Shown here: positions 8,644 to 16,608 of the stretch, piece by piece | How the letters are laid out: every line of letters begins with the position of its first letter | How positions within the stretch are numbered: position 1 is the stretch's first letter | DNA from: Candidatus Latescibacterota bacterium | GTDB taxonomy: Bacteria; Latescibacterota; UBA2968; UBA8231 | Assembly: GCA_965215195.1 (NCBI GenBank) | Contig: CBDCDC010000001.1 | Coordinates: 64,001-128,000, forward strand | Length of the DNA: 64,000 nucleotides | Direction: 5' to 3' | The notes under the pieces: model-generated | The model's database searches: none | Told to the model about the DNA's origin: nothing | The model's input: the letters and a program-made list of their open reading frames with translations, nothing else | Made by a program: the position numbers and the translations under genes

Positions 8644-11600
8644 TTACGCCGACACTTCGCTGCGCAGCCCTTGCAGAATTTCCGCGCCCTGTTGGCGGTA
8701 GCCTTCTTTGGCCTCGGCATCCACCGTGCGCCAGATGAGGAACTGCTTGCGGATGACGTTCATAAAGCGCTGGTTGACCCTTCGCCACGAGGCGTCCTCG
8801 CCGCTGAGTCGCTTGATTTGCAGGCCGACCGCGTAAATGTTGTGCTCGGCCTCTGGCATGGCCCGCACGGTGACGTGTTGGCTGACTCCGAGGTCAAAGG
8901 GAGCCAGCCAAATGTTCATGTCGATCAGATATCCCTCGCCGTTGGGCGTCTCCTCGCGTTTCAAGCTGGCACCGTCGGTGTAGAAAGTGCCGATGGACTC
9001 CTCGCTGTAGGAGTCGAAATAGCCGATGAGGAATACGCTCAAGCCCAAGACCTCGTGGCCGCTGACCGTAAAGGGGAACTCGAAATCCCACTGGTCGCCA
9101 TCGGGCGGCGGCAGCTTCCACTTGCGGGTCACGTCGGGCACGGCCATCTGCGATGCCTTGCGCGCTGGATAAATCGTCGAGAGCATGACCACGGCCATTA
9201 CCAGCATACAGGAGAGCACCGCGGCCACCGAGGAGTAGTTGAGGGTGAAGCCGCCCAGCAGGTCGAACTCAATGAGCACCTTGGCGATCACTTGGCCGCT
9301 GAGGTAACCGGCTACTACTCCGAGCACCGAGTACACGCAACTCTCGGCGATAAAGAGCCAAGAGATATGGCCGGGGGCTAAGCCCACTGAAGAGTAGATG
9401 CCGATTTCGCGGAAGCGCTCGTACACGCTGCCCATCATGGTGTTGAGCACGATCAGTGAGGCGATCAGCATGGGGATGAACAAGTTGCTCATGCCGGAAA
9501 AAGAGGTCATCCCCAGCGATGAATAGATCGACACCTTGATGTATTCGTCTCCGGGCTCCTTGACTCCGGCGAAGAGCGTCACCGCGAGGCGGGAGAGGAA
9601 CTCCTCGACCTCGCCGCGCACATCGCTGCCTGCTGGGAAGCGCACCGCTACCGACTGTAGCGGGTTGCCGCTGCCGACGTTGCGCAGCGTGTGGTAGGGC
9701 GTGATCAGGATGTTGGCCGGCTCTAGATGGACAAAGGGCTTGATGACGACCTTGGCGTCCTCCAAGCCCTGCTTCTCGCGCTTTTCTTCCTCGGCTATTT
9801 CCTGCACGGCTTGGCCGCCGGTGACGGCAAAGTCGGCCGGCGTCAGGATTTCGTCGTCGAGATCTTTGAGGTCCTTCATCCGCTTGGAGTCGAGGACGCC
9901 AACGACCGTGAACAAGTCGCCGAAGATCCGCACCTGCGCCCGGCCGACATCGGCGAGGTCGAGGTCGAGATGGGCCTCCTTGACCATGTCGATGGGCAGG
10001 ATGCAGACCTTGTCCTCGCCCGGCTCAAACCACCGCCCGGCAACTAGGGCTTGGTCCAGCCCGGTGACCTCGGTTTCATCCGGGGTCAATCCGAGGACGC
10101 CGAGCGCGTTATGGGCCTTGTCGCCGTGTTTTATTTTGATATGCGCCTTGGCTTTGTTGCTGTACCAACTGCGCGGCGCGACCGCGGCGCGACCGCCGAA
10201 GTTGCTGCGGGCGTATTCGAGCACGGAATCCTCCATCGGATTCCACGCCTTGCTGCGGATTAGGATGCCTTCGTAGAGGCCCTCGTTGTCGCGGCTGATT
10301 TGGTTGAATCGCAAGCCGGTGCGGATGGAGGTGAAAGAGAGGACCGTAAAGGTCAGCAGCAAGAGCGTGGTAAAGGTGAGGACCGTGCGCGTCTTGCGCC
10401 GCTTCATGTTGGAAATCCCGAGCTGGAAGGCCGTCAGCGAGGCCGAAGAGCGGCTGACGTCCGTGTCGTGAATCACGGCCACCTCGGTGCGCAGCTTCTT
10501 CATCTGCTCGTTGAAGCGGCCGGAAATGATCGACATTACGAGGACGGCCAGCGCGATGATGATGAAGGCCAATAGGATGACGAAGGGATTGGATAGCTGG
10601 AAGGCCGGATGCACTATCCACAGCACGATCCAGATCGCCAAGAAGACCCCGACGAATCCGATGATCTGATTGCGGATCGTGGCGGCCGTAAAAAGGAGCC
10701 GCTCGGTAAAAAAGGCGCAGGGAAGGACGAGGGCCATGAAGAAGATAATGCCCTGAATGACGTCGTTTTGGGTGGATTTGACGTCTGGATAGGCACGCGA
10801 CTCCAGCCCGAAGGCCGCGCGCGTGTGGCGCACGAAATCGCCCCAGCGCTGCTCGGTGCCAGCCGCTGCGGCTTGGTCTAGCTCGGTCTCGGCCCGGTAG
10901 TGGAGGTCGTTGAGGCGCTGGTTTTCAATGGCAAAGCTCCGCAACTCGCGCATCCGCGACTCGTCGAGATTCCACATGTCTTGGGCGGCTTGGAAGGTCG
11001 TGCGGGCAAAAGAGGTGCCGGGGCGGATCTCAAAGCCCTCGCCTTCGGCCTTGTCTTTGTTGGTGACGCTAGTGGCGTTGAGCAGCAGCGAGCGAAAGCC
11101 GAGCAGGCCCGCGCCAAAGCCCATCTTTATGCGCGAGCCGGGCCGCGCAAAGAGCACCCCAACCGGCTCGTTTTGGGCCGAGGGGCCTTCGCCGATGGTG
11201 TAACCGTACTCCACGGGTGCGCTGTTCGTCTCGTCGAAAACCTGCACGTTGGACAGCTTGGTGAGATAGCGCGGATCGACGATGTCGAAGAAGTTGTAGG
11301 GTACGCAGGGGAAGAGGATGACCATCCACTGCTTGTCGCGCCAGTCCATGGAGACCTTCATCGGGTAGCTCTCGTCGCCTTGCACGCCGCGGTCTGGGGC
11401 GTAGGTGATGCGGCCGGTGATCGGGTCCATGTAGTAGCCCTCGATCTGCACGTTGTTGACCCGCACCCGATTTACGTAAAAAGCCCCCCGATCATCGACG
11501 ACTTCGTAATACTCGCCGCGCACGCCTTTGTACGACTTTTTCTTGCCGTTGCGCACGACGGCCACTGCGTCGGCACGCGGCAGGTCGGGGATGATGCTGC

Positions 11601-13470
11601 GGCGCGGAAAGACCATGGTGCGGCCGCGCAGGGAGCGCAGATTGTCGCGCAGGCGCATCTTGAAGTCCGGGAAAAGCTCTGGGTCTGCAAAGGCCATCTC
11701 GAACATGCCGGAGAGCACCCGGATCTGTTTGGCGAGATTGGCGTGGTTGACGCGCTCGCCTTGGTCTAAGGGCGTATCGACGAGGAAGCGCGCGTCGTTG
11801 ACGGTGACAAAGGCCAACGCCGGCGTACCGGTCGCCAACACCAATTCGCTGTTGACCGATATTTCGCCCGGTACAAAAGTCTGCCAGCTCATCCCGCCTT
11901 CGGGGCTGATGCCATTGACCAGCACGTCGCGCTGTTGGTAGCCCAGTTCGCGGCTGATCTTGCGCGCATAAGCCATGAAGTTCTTGCCGAAGGGCGCGAA
12001 GTAGCGCTTGTAGTAAAAGCTGGTATTGCTATTCCACACCCCGAGCTCGTCGGTCTGCGAAGAAAGGTCGAGACTGATGAAGAGCTTGACCGCGAGCGAA
12101 TCGACTTTGGGATCGACCCAAGTTTTGTAGAGCGCGAGGCGCAAGTCGTCGTCCGAGCGCACCTGATCAACCAGTTCGCGGCGGTTTTTGAATCGCTCGC
12201 CGGCGAGGTGCAGGTCGCCTTCTTCTCGGCTCAGCAGCCCCTTGAGGCCCTCTACGGCTCTCTTCCACAAGCCCTGTGAACTGCTCGCTGCGCCTTCTTC
12301 TTGGCTCAGCAGCCCTTCGGCGAGCGCGGCGTCGGCAATGTCTGCGGCCAAGTCGGTGCGCCCTTCGGCAACGCTCCGCACGAGAGCTTCCTTGCCGGTG
12401 AACTCCTCCTCGCCGATGGCGTAGTGGATGCCGTCTTGGGCGATCATGTTCCGTGCGAGTGCGGCATCGACGACCCGCCTCACCAGCATGTGTTCGATAA
12501 AGGGATCCTCTTTGCGCAAATAGCGCTGGATGAAATCATCGACCCCGCGCAAGCCTAAGTGGTGGGCCGAAGTAGCGAGAAAGACGACCGTGCGCGCTGG
12601 CGGGTGCGCACGAAAATAGCGCGCCAGCTCCAACAGTGCAGTAATGCTGGAGGCCTGCTCGGCACCCGGGGTGAGGGCCGGCACGACCGACATGGCGTCG
12701 TAGTACGCTTCCAGCACGATCACGTCCTCTTTCATCAAGGGATCGTATCCGGGGATCGCGCCGAGGATATTCCAAGCGGGACGCCGCTCCCAATCCATGC
12801 GGTACTCCAAGTGCAGCGTCTGCTCGTCCCCTGCGGCCAATTGGCGGCGCAGGCGCTGGCCGGCTTGGCGATTGATCCAGAACCTCGGCAGGTCGAGCGG
12901 CATGGTGAGGAACTTCTTTTCGCCTTCCAAGTACACGGTGGAGTCCGGCTCGATAAAGACGATGGCCTGCGCCCCCAGATAGGCGGCATTGAGCCAAGCG
13001 TCGCCCGAATTGAAGTCCATCAGGGCGACGGCCCCTTCGACTTGTTGGCCATCCATGTCCGCGTATTCGCCCGCGCCGGCGTCTATCAAGCGCCCGGTCA
13101 CCCCGCCTTCGGGCAGCGTCGAAGTTTTGACTAGATTGGGCCAGAGGCCGTGGATTGGCACTTGTTCGCCGCTTTCGACGACCCGCAGGAATCCGCCCTT
13201 ATCGACGGGAATCGAGACGTCGTATTCGTGGACTGCGACGTCGTCGAGGCCGATTGCGCGGAAGTGCTCCTGCACGATCTGGGCCGCTTGGTCGGCCCCC
13301 GGATAGCCGGCGACCCTAGATCCCAAACCGGCAAAAGTGTCCATCGTCTGCTGTACGCGCTCGACCGGGGCCGTGCGCGCCAACTCGGCAAAATCGACCT
13401 CGGCTTGGGCCAGTGCCGCGCCGGCCAAAATCCAGCCGAGGGCCATCCACTTCACCGCGAACTTAGGCAT
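8644..13470 (-). CDS. Large fusion: signal peptide, degenerate M28 peptidase/PA domain, two FtsX-type permease TM blocks with a MacB-like periplasmic domain
   Basis: Signal peptide MPKFAVKW...ALAQA. M28-like segment NILGAIPG...VIVLEAYYDA...PGAEQ...ALLELARYF...RTVVFL. FtsX motifs NMKRRKTRTVLT and SVYERFREIGIYSSVGLAP...IYPARKAS. Confidence 0.85.
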   Translation of the reverse strand: MPKFAVKWMALGWILAGAALAQAEVDFAELARTAPVERVQQTMDTFAGLGSRVAGYPGADQAAQIVQEHFRAIGLDDVAVHEYDVSIPVDKGGFLRVVESGEQVPIHGLWPNLVKTSTLPEGGVTGRLIDAGAGEYADMDGQQVEGAVALMDFNSGDAWLNAAYLGAQAIVFIEPDSTVYLEGEKKFLTMPLDLPRFWINRQAGQRLRRQLAAGDEQTLHLEYRMDWERRPAWNILGAIPGYDPLMKEDVIVLEAYYDAMSVVPALTPGAEQASSITALLELARYFRAHPPARTVVFLATSAHHLGLRGVDDFIQRYLRKEDPFIEHMLVRRVVDAALARNMIAQDGIHYAIGEEEFTGKEALVRSVAEGRTDLAADIADAALAEGLLSQEEGAASSSQGLWKRAVEGLKGLLSREEGDLHLAGERFKNRRELVDQVRSDDDLRLALYKTWVDPKVDSLAVKLFISLDLSSQTDELGVWNSNTSFYYKRYFAPFGKNFMAYARKISRELGYQQRDVLVNGISPEGGMSWQTFVPGEISVNSELVLATGTPALAFVTVNDARFLVDTPLDQGERVNHANLAKQIRVLSGMFEMAFADPELFPDFKMRLRDNLRSLRGRTMVFPRRSIIPDLPRADAVAVVRNGKKKSYKGVRGEYYEVVDDRGAFYVNRVRVNNVQIEGYYMDPITGRITYAPDRGVQGDESYPMKVSMDWRDKQWMVILFPCVPYNFFDIVDPRYLTKLSNVQVFDETNSAPVEYGYTIGEGPSAQNEPVGVLFARPGSRIKMGFGAGLLGFRSLLLNATSVTNKDKAEGEGFEIRPGTSFARTTFQAAQDMWNLDESRMRELRSFAIENQRLNDLHYRAETELDQAAAAGTEQRWGDFVRHTRAAFGLESRAYPDVKSTQNDVIQGIIFFMALVLPCAFFTERLLFTAATIRNQIIGFVGVFLAIWIVLWIVHPAFQLSNPFVILLAFIIIALAVLVMSIISGRFNEQMKKLRTEVAVIHDTDVSRSSASLTAFQLGISNMKRRKTRTVLTFTTLLLLTFTVLSFTSIRTGLRFNQISRDNEGLYEGILIRSKAWNPMEDSVLEYARSNFGGRAAVAPRSWYSNKAKAHIKIKHGDKAHNALGVLGLTPDETEVTGLDQALVAGRWFEPGEDKVCILPIDMVKEAHLDLDLADVGRAQVRIFGDLFTVVGVLDSKRMKDLKDLDDEILTPADFAVTGGQAVQEIAEEEKREKQGLEDAKVVIKPFVHLEPANILITPYHTLRNVGSGNPLQSVAVRFPAGSDVRGEVEEFLSRLAVTLFAGVKEPGDEYIKVSIYSSLGMTSFSGMSNLFIPMLIASLIVLNTMMGSVYERFREIGIYSSVGLAPGHISWLFIAESCVYSVLGVVAGYLSGQVIAKVLIEFDLLGGFTLNYSSVAAVLSCMLVMAVVMLSTIYPARKASQMAVPDVTRKWKLPPPDGDQWDFEFPFTVSGHEVLGLSVFLIGYFDSYSEESIGTFYTDGASLKREETPNGEGYLIDMNIWLAPFDLGVSQHVTVRAMPEAEHNIYAVGLQIKRLSGEDASWRRVNQRFMNVIRKQFLIWRTVDAEAKEGYRQQGAEILQGLRSEVSA

Positions 13471-13487
13471 AGTTGTAAGTGCCTTTC

Positions 13488-15458
13488 TCAGATCCAGAAG
13501 ACCACATTGTCGGTCATGCCCGTAAAAAAATCGATAATCAACCAGAGCCCGGCGATGAAAAACTGGCCTACGATCAGGCCCAAAAAGAAGGGACGCGCCC
13601 GGCGAAAAAGGCTGGGACCGCCGTATTTCATTGCCATTAACTTTAAGAGCCAAGCGAGGGCAATGCTAAACCACAACTGGTCCATCAGCCATACGGCACC
13701 AATGGGGTATCCAATGGGATGCAGAGGCCACCACAAGAGCCGCTGGCGCACCCACATGAGCAGGGCCATGATGCCCCCGCCGACAAAAGTGTGAACCCAG
13801 CCATCTATGTTCGGCTTGGTGGGCGCGCTTAACTTGGTGGTAATATAATCAAAAGGGGCGCGAGTTCCACCACCAAAAAACCACCCGTTGAGGTTGATGC
13901 CACCGTATTCGTAGGCGAGGTACAAAATTGCTGCGACCGAGCCGACAATGCTGACGAAAATCGCCAGCAGCATGTACCAAAAAAGCGGGCGCAGCCGCGG
14001 CCCCAGTTCTTCGCCCAACTTGAGGCCGTGTGCGCAGGAAGCCATGACAAACGTGCGGATGTCCGCCGCCCACACGTAAGTGTAGGCGAGGCCGACCATG
14101 CCCGCCGGGCCGAGCACCGAAGAGCCTACGGCCGAGACCAAGACCGACGAAGAAATCATCGGCCCGACCGCCGCTGCCACGCCTCCCTCTACTACCACTC
14201 GGGTCAAGCCGACAAAAATAAGGATGGCCAGCATCAGGGTCAAAAAGGCCGCCCACAGCGGCAAGCCGGACTGCCACAGCCAGATGGTCATCACCGCGAC
14301 TCCGGCGAGCCAAGTTAAGACCGCCGCCCGATAGGAGAGCATCTCGCCGCGGTCGTCAATGCGGTCGTCGCCCACGAGGGCCTTGCGCAACACGTCGCGC
14401 AGGTGTTCGCGGCCGACCCACAGGCCGAAAAACACTAAGACGATCATCGCCCCCTGTCCTTGATGGGCGAGGATCGGCTCGCTAGGAGCACCGTAAATGC
14501 CCAGCTTTTCGGTGCTACCGACCCCTAAAACCCCCAGCCCTCCTCGAATCAGCTTGGCGATGGTGTTGAAAAACCACAGGCTGAAGGCAATGTCGAGATT
14601 GATTAGATAGGCGAACCCCACCATGGGAAAGCTCAGGCGGAAGATCAGGCTGACGGTGTTGCGCAGGATCGGCACAGAGGAGACGAGCTGGATGGCGGGG
14701 ATGAAGTTGAAGTACGCGTGTAGGGCGTTGAGACTGCTGACGAGCGCGGGCAGGGCAAAGCCGATCCACATGATCGGGTTTTTGAAGAAAGGCCCTAGGG
14801 CCTCTCCGCGGCTCCCGCTCTGCACCATGGCCAAGGGCACTTGCACCAGCGGGTAAACCAGCCGCTCCCGCTCCACCCACTGGCGGCGCAGAATGACCAT
14901 AGACGAGATCATAACCAAGTACAGGGCCACGATCAGCACGGCCCAATAGCACAGCGGGCCGCCCCAGACGGCCCAAGGCACCCCAGCGGTGCGCGGTGCC
15001 CCTTCGTAAAACCACTTGATCGACTCGGGATCCTGCGGCGCGATCCAGTCGGGAAGGTGCGGCAGGATGTGCAAGGCCCACTCGTTTTCCGGGGTGGCGT
15101 AGTACTGGGCACCGGTGATGATCGTCAGCCAGTACTCGCTGAGGCCCATCGTGGGGATGGCCGAAGCCGTGAGCATCATAATGTACGCGACGATGAGCTC
15201 GCAGCGCCCGAGGGCCACAGGAGTGGCGAAGCGAGTCAGCAAGGCGTTGAACGAGCCAGTCAGCACGAAGAAGAGGAACAGGGCACCTGCCGCGCTGAAA
15301 TCAATCGACATGTAGGAGCCGCGGATGACCATATTGCCGTAAGGTGCCCCCAAGGCAATGCACAGCGACCCCAAGGTCCCCGCCGTCAGCGCTTTGGCGC
15401 TGAAGACCGGCTCGGCTCGTACTGGGCCCTGAAAGGCAGACTCTTGCGGCAAATCCAT
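13488..15458 (-). CDS. DUF6785/DUF6784-type polytopic membrane protein (putative peptide transporter)
   Basis: ELIVAYIM, ILRRQWVERERLVYPLVQVP, WWPLHPIGY and KYGGPSLFRRARPFFLGLIVG are characteristic of this family as recalled. Confidence 0.75.
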   Translation of the reverse strand: MDLPQESAFQGPVRAEPVFSAKALTAGTLGSLCIALGAPYGNMVIRGSYMSIDFSAAGALFLFFVLTGSFNALLTRFATPVALGRCELIVAYIMMLTASAIPTMGLSEYWLTIITGAQYYATPENEWALHILPHLPDWIAPQDPESIKWFYEGAPRTAGVPWAVWGGPLCYWAVLIVALYLVMISSMVILRRQWVERERLVYPLVQVPLAMVQSGSRGEALGPFFKNPIMWIGFALPALVSSLNALHAYFNFIPAIQLVSSVPILRNTVSLIFRLSFPMVGFAYLINLDIAFSLWFFNTIAKLIRGGLGVLGVGSTEKLGIYGAPSEPILAHQGQGAMIVLVFFGLWVGREHLRDVLRKALVGDDRIDDRGEMLSYRAAVLTWLAGVAVMTIWLWQSGLPLWAAFLTLMLAILIFVGLTRVVVEGGVAAAVGPMISSSVLVSAVGSSVLGPAGMVGLAYTYVWAADIRTFVMASCAHGLKLGEELGPRLRPLFWYMLLAIFVSIVGSVAAILYLAYEYGGINLNGWFFGGGTRAPFDYITTKLSAPTKPNIDGWVHTFVGGGIMALLMWVRQRLLWWPLHPIGYPIGAVWLMDQLWFSIALAWLLKLMAMKYGGPSLFRRARPFFLGLIVGQFFIAGLWLIIDFFTGMTDNVVFWI

Positions 15459-15501
15459 TGAGACGATCCTTACCTGAGTGGGCGTTTTCTGGCGTCGCCT
15501 T

Positions 15502-15524
15502 GGGAGCGCGGGCTTCTGGCCCGC
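15502..15524 (+). repeat. REP-like short palindrome GGGAGCGCGGGC-N5-GCCCGC
   Basis: Intergenic. Related copies at 25707-25729 and 58492-58520. Confidence 0.55.
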
Positions 15525-15580
15525 ACGAGGGCGGGACGGGCGTGTACTTATAGGAAAGGTCTATTATAATAGTACTAGCC

Positions 15581-16093
15581 CTAGTCCAACCAGCCTATTT
15601 TCTCTAGTTGTTCCAAGGTCCACCAAGCCAACAGGCCAATCGCCCCCCCGCTCACCAAAGCGCTGAACAAGGCCAGCGGCAAAAGCGCGAACAGACCGCT
15701 GTGGCCGATATAGCCAGCGGCGAGAACGAGCTGGCTGAGCTGGTGCGCCAACGCGCCCCAGATGCTCAGGCCCACGACGCTGAAAAGCCGCGCTCCCATG
15801 CGGCGGACCGCAACCATGACCAGCCAGCTCGCCAAGCCAGCCCCGCCGCCTATGACAAAGGCCGGACCGGCAAATCCCCCGCTGAGCAAGCCGCCGACTA
15901 CGAGCTTGATGGCACTAACGGCCAACGCCGGGCCGCCGCCAAAGCTCACCAGCGCGACCAAAACCGGCAGATTGCCGAGCCCCAACTTCATCCAAGGCAA
16001 GGGTTTGGGCACCAGCGATTCAAAGGCAAAGAGCACGATGGCCGCACTGGCCATAAGCCCCAAACGGGCCACGTCTCTAGGGCGCGCAAACAT
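15581..16093 (-). CDS. Gx transporter family membrane protein (heptaprenyl diphosphate synthase component I-like)
   Basis: FESLVPKPLPWMKLGLGNL and SVVGLSIWGALAHQLSQL. TGATG overlap with the upstream gene. Confidence 0.85.
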   Translation of the reverse strand: MFARPRDVARLGLMASAAIVLFAFESLVPKPLPWMKLGLGNLPVLVALVSFGGGPALAVSAIKLVVGGLLSGGFAGPAFVIGGGAGLASWLVMVAVRRMGARLFSVVGLSIWGALAHQLSQLVLAAGYIGHSGLFALLPLALFSALVSGGAIGLLAWWTLEQLEKIGWLD

Positions 16094-16482
16094 CAGCGAA
16101 TCATCGCGTCTAGGGGCGCGGCACCAGCGATCCTCAGCACTAGGCCGTTGGGTACGCACGCGGCCACGTCGCCCGCTCGCTGCATCCAGCCTTGCCGCAT
16201 GCAGATCTTGTGGACGCAGGGCGCGGAAAGTACGCGCACGCCCTTAGGGCCGATTTCGATCTCGCTCGCTCCCAAAGGCCCTACAACCGGCAAGACTCCG
16301 TAGTTGGAGAGGGCATGTGTGGCGGGCGCGGCCCCGGCCAACTCGACGATGAGCACGCCGCCGGCTTCGGCCGTATAGCGGCCGTAGAGCACCAGCCCGA
16401 GCGCGCTCAAGCTCACGACGAGCGCGAGGATTTTATCCGCTCGCGTCAGCGCCGGTGCGTTTTCGGTATTTAGCCGCCACAT
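16093..16482 (-). CDS. NusG domain II-containing (DUF1312) membrane-anchored protein
   Basis: N-terminal TM helix, then VRVLSAPCVHKICMRQGW...AACVPNGLVLRI. Confidence 0.85.
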   Translation of the reverse strand: MWRLNTENAPALTRADKILALVVSLSALGLVLYGRYTAEAGGVLIVELAGAAPATHALSNYGVLPVVGPLGASEIEIGPKGVRVLSAPCVHKICMRQGWMQRAGDVAACVPNGLVLRIAGAAPLDAMIR

Positions 16483-16608
16483 CCTGCTCCCTTTTCTCTT
16501 TTCATTTTAATTTAAGTTCTACCAGACGTGCAAACGAGCGGGGAACTTCTGCTTGTATGTACTTGTTTTTTTTCTATATTGACGGGCAAATAGAGAACGA
16601 AGGACCCC

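Noticed and set aside
13471-13653. N-terminal extension of the 1669-aa ORF
   Set aside because: It overlaps the DUF6785 gene. ATG 13470 gives an SD and a signal peptide.
4846-15458. RiPP biosynthetic cluster
   Set aside because: The PqqD/RRE is present, but no radical SAM, YcaO, lanthipeptide or lasso enzyme and no precursor peptide was found.
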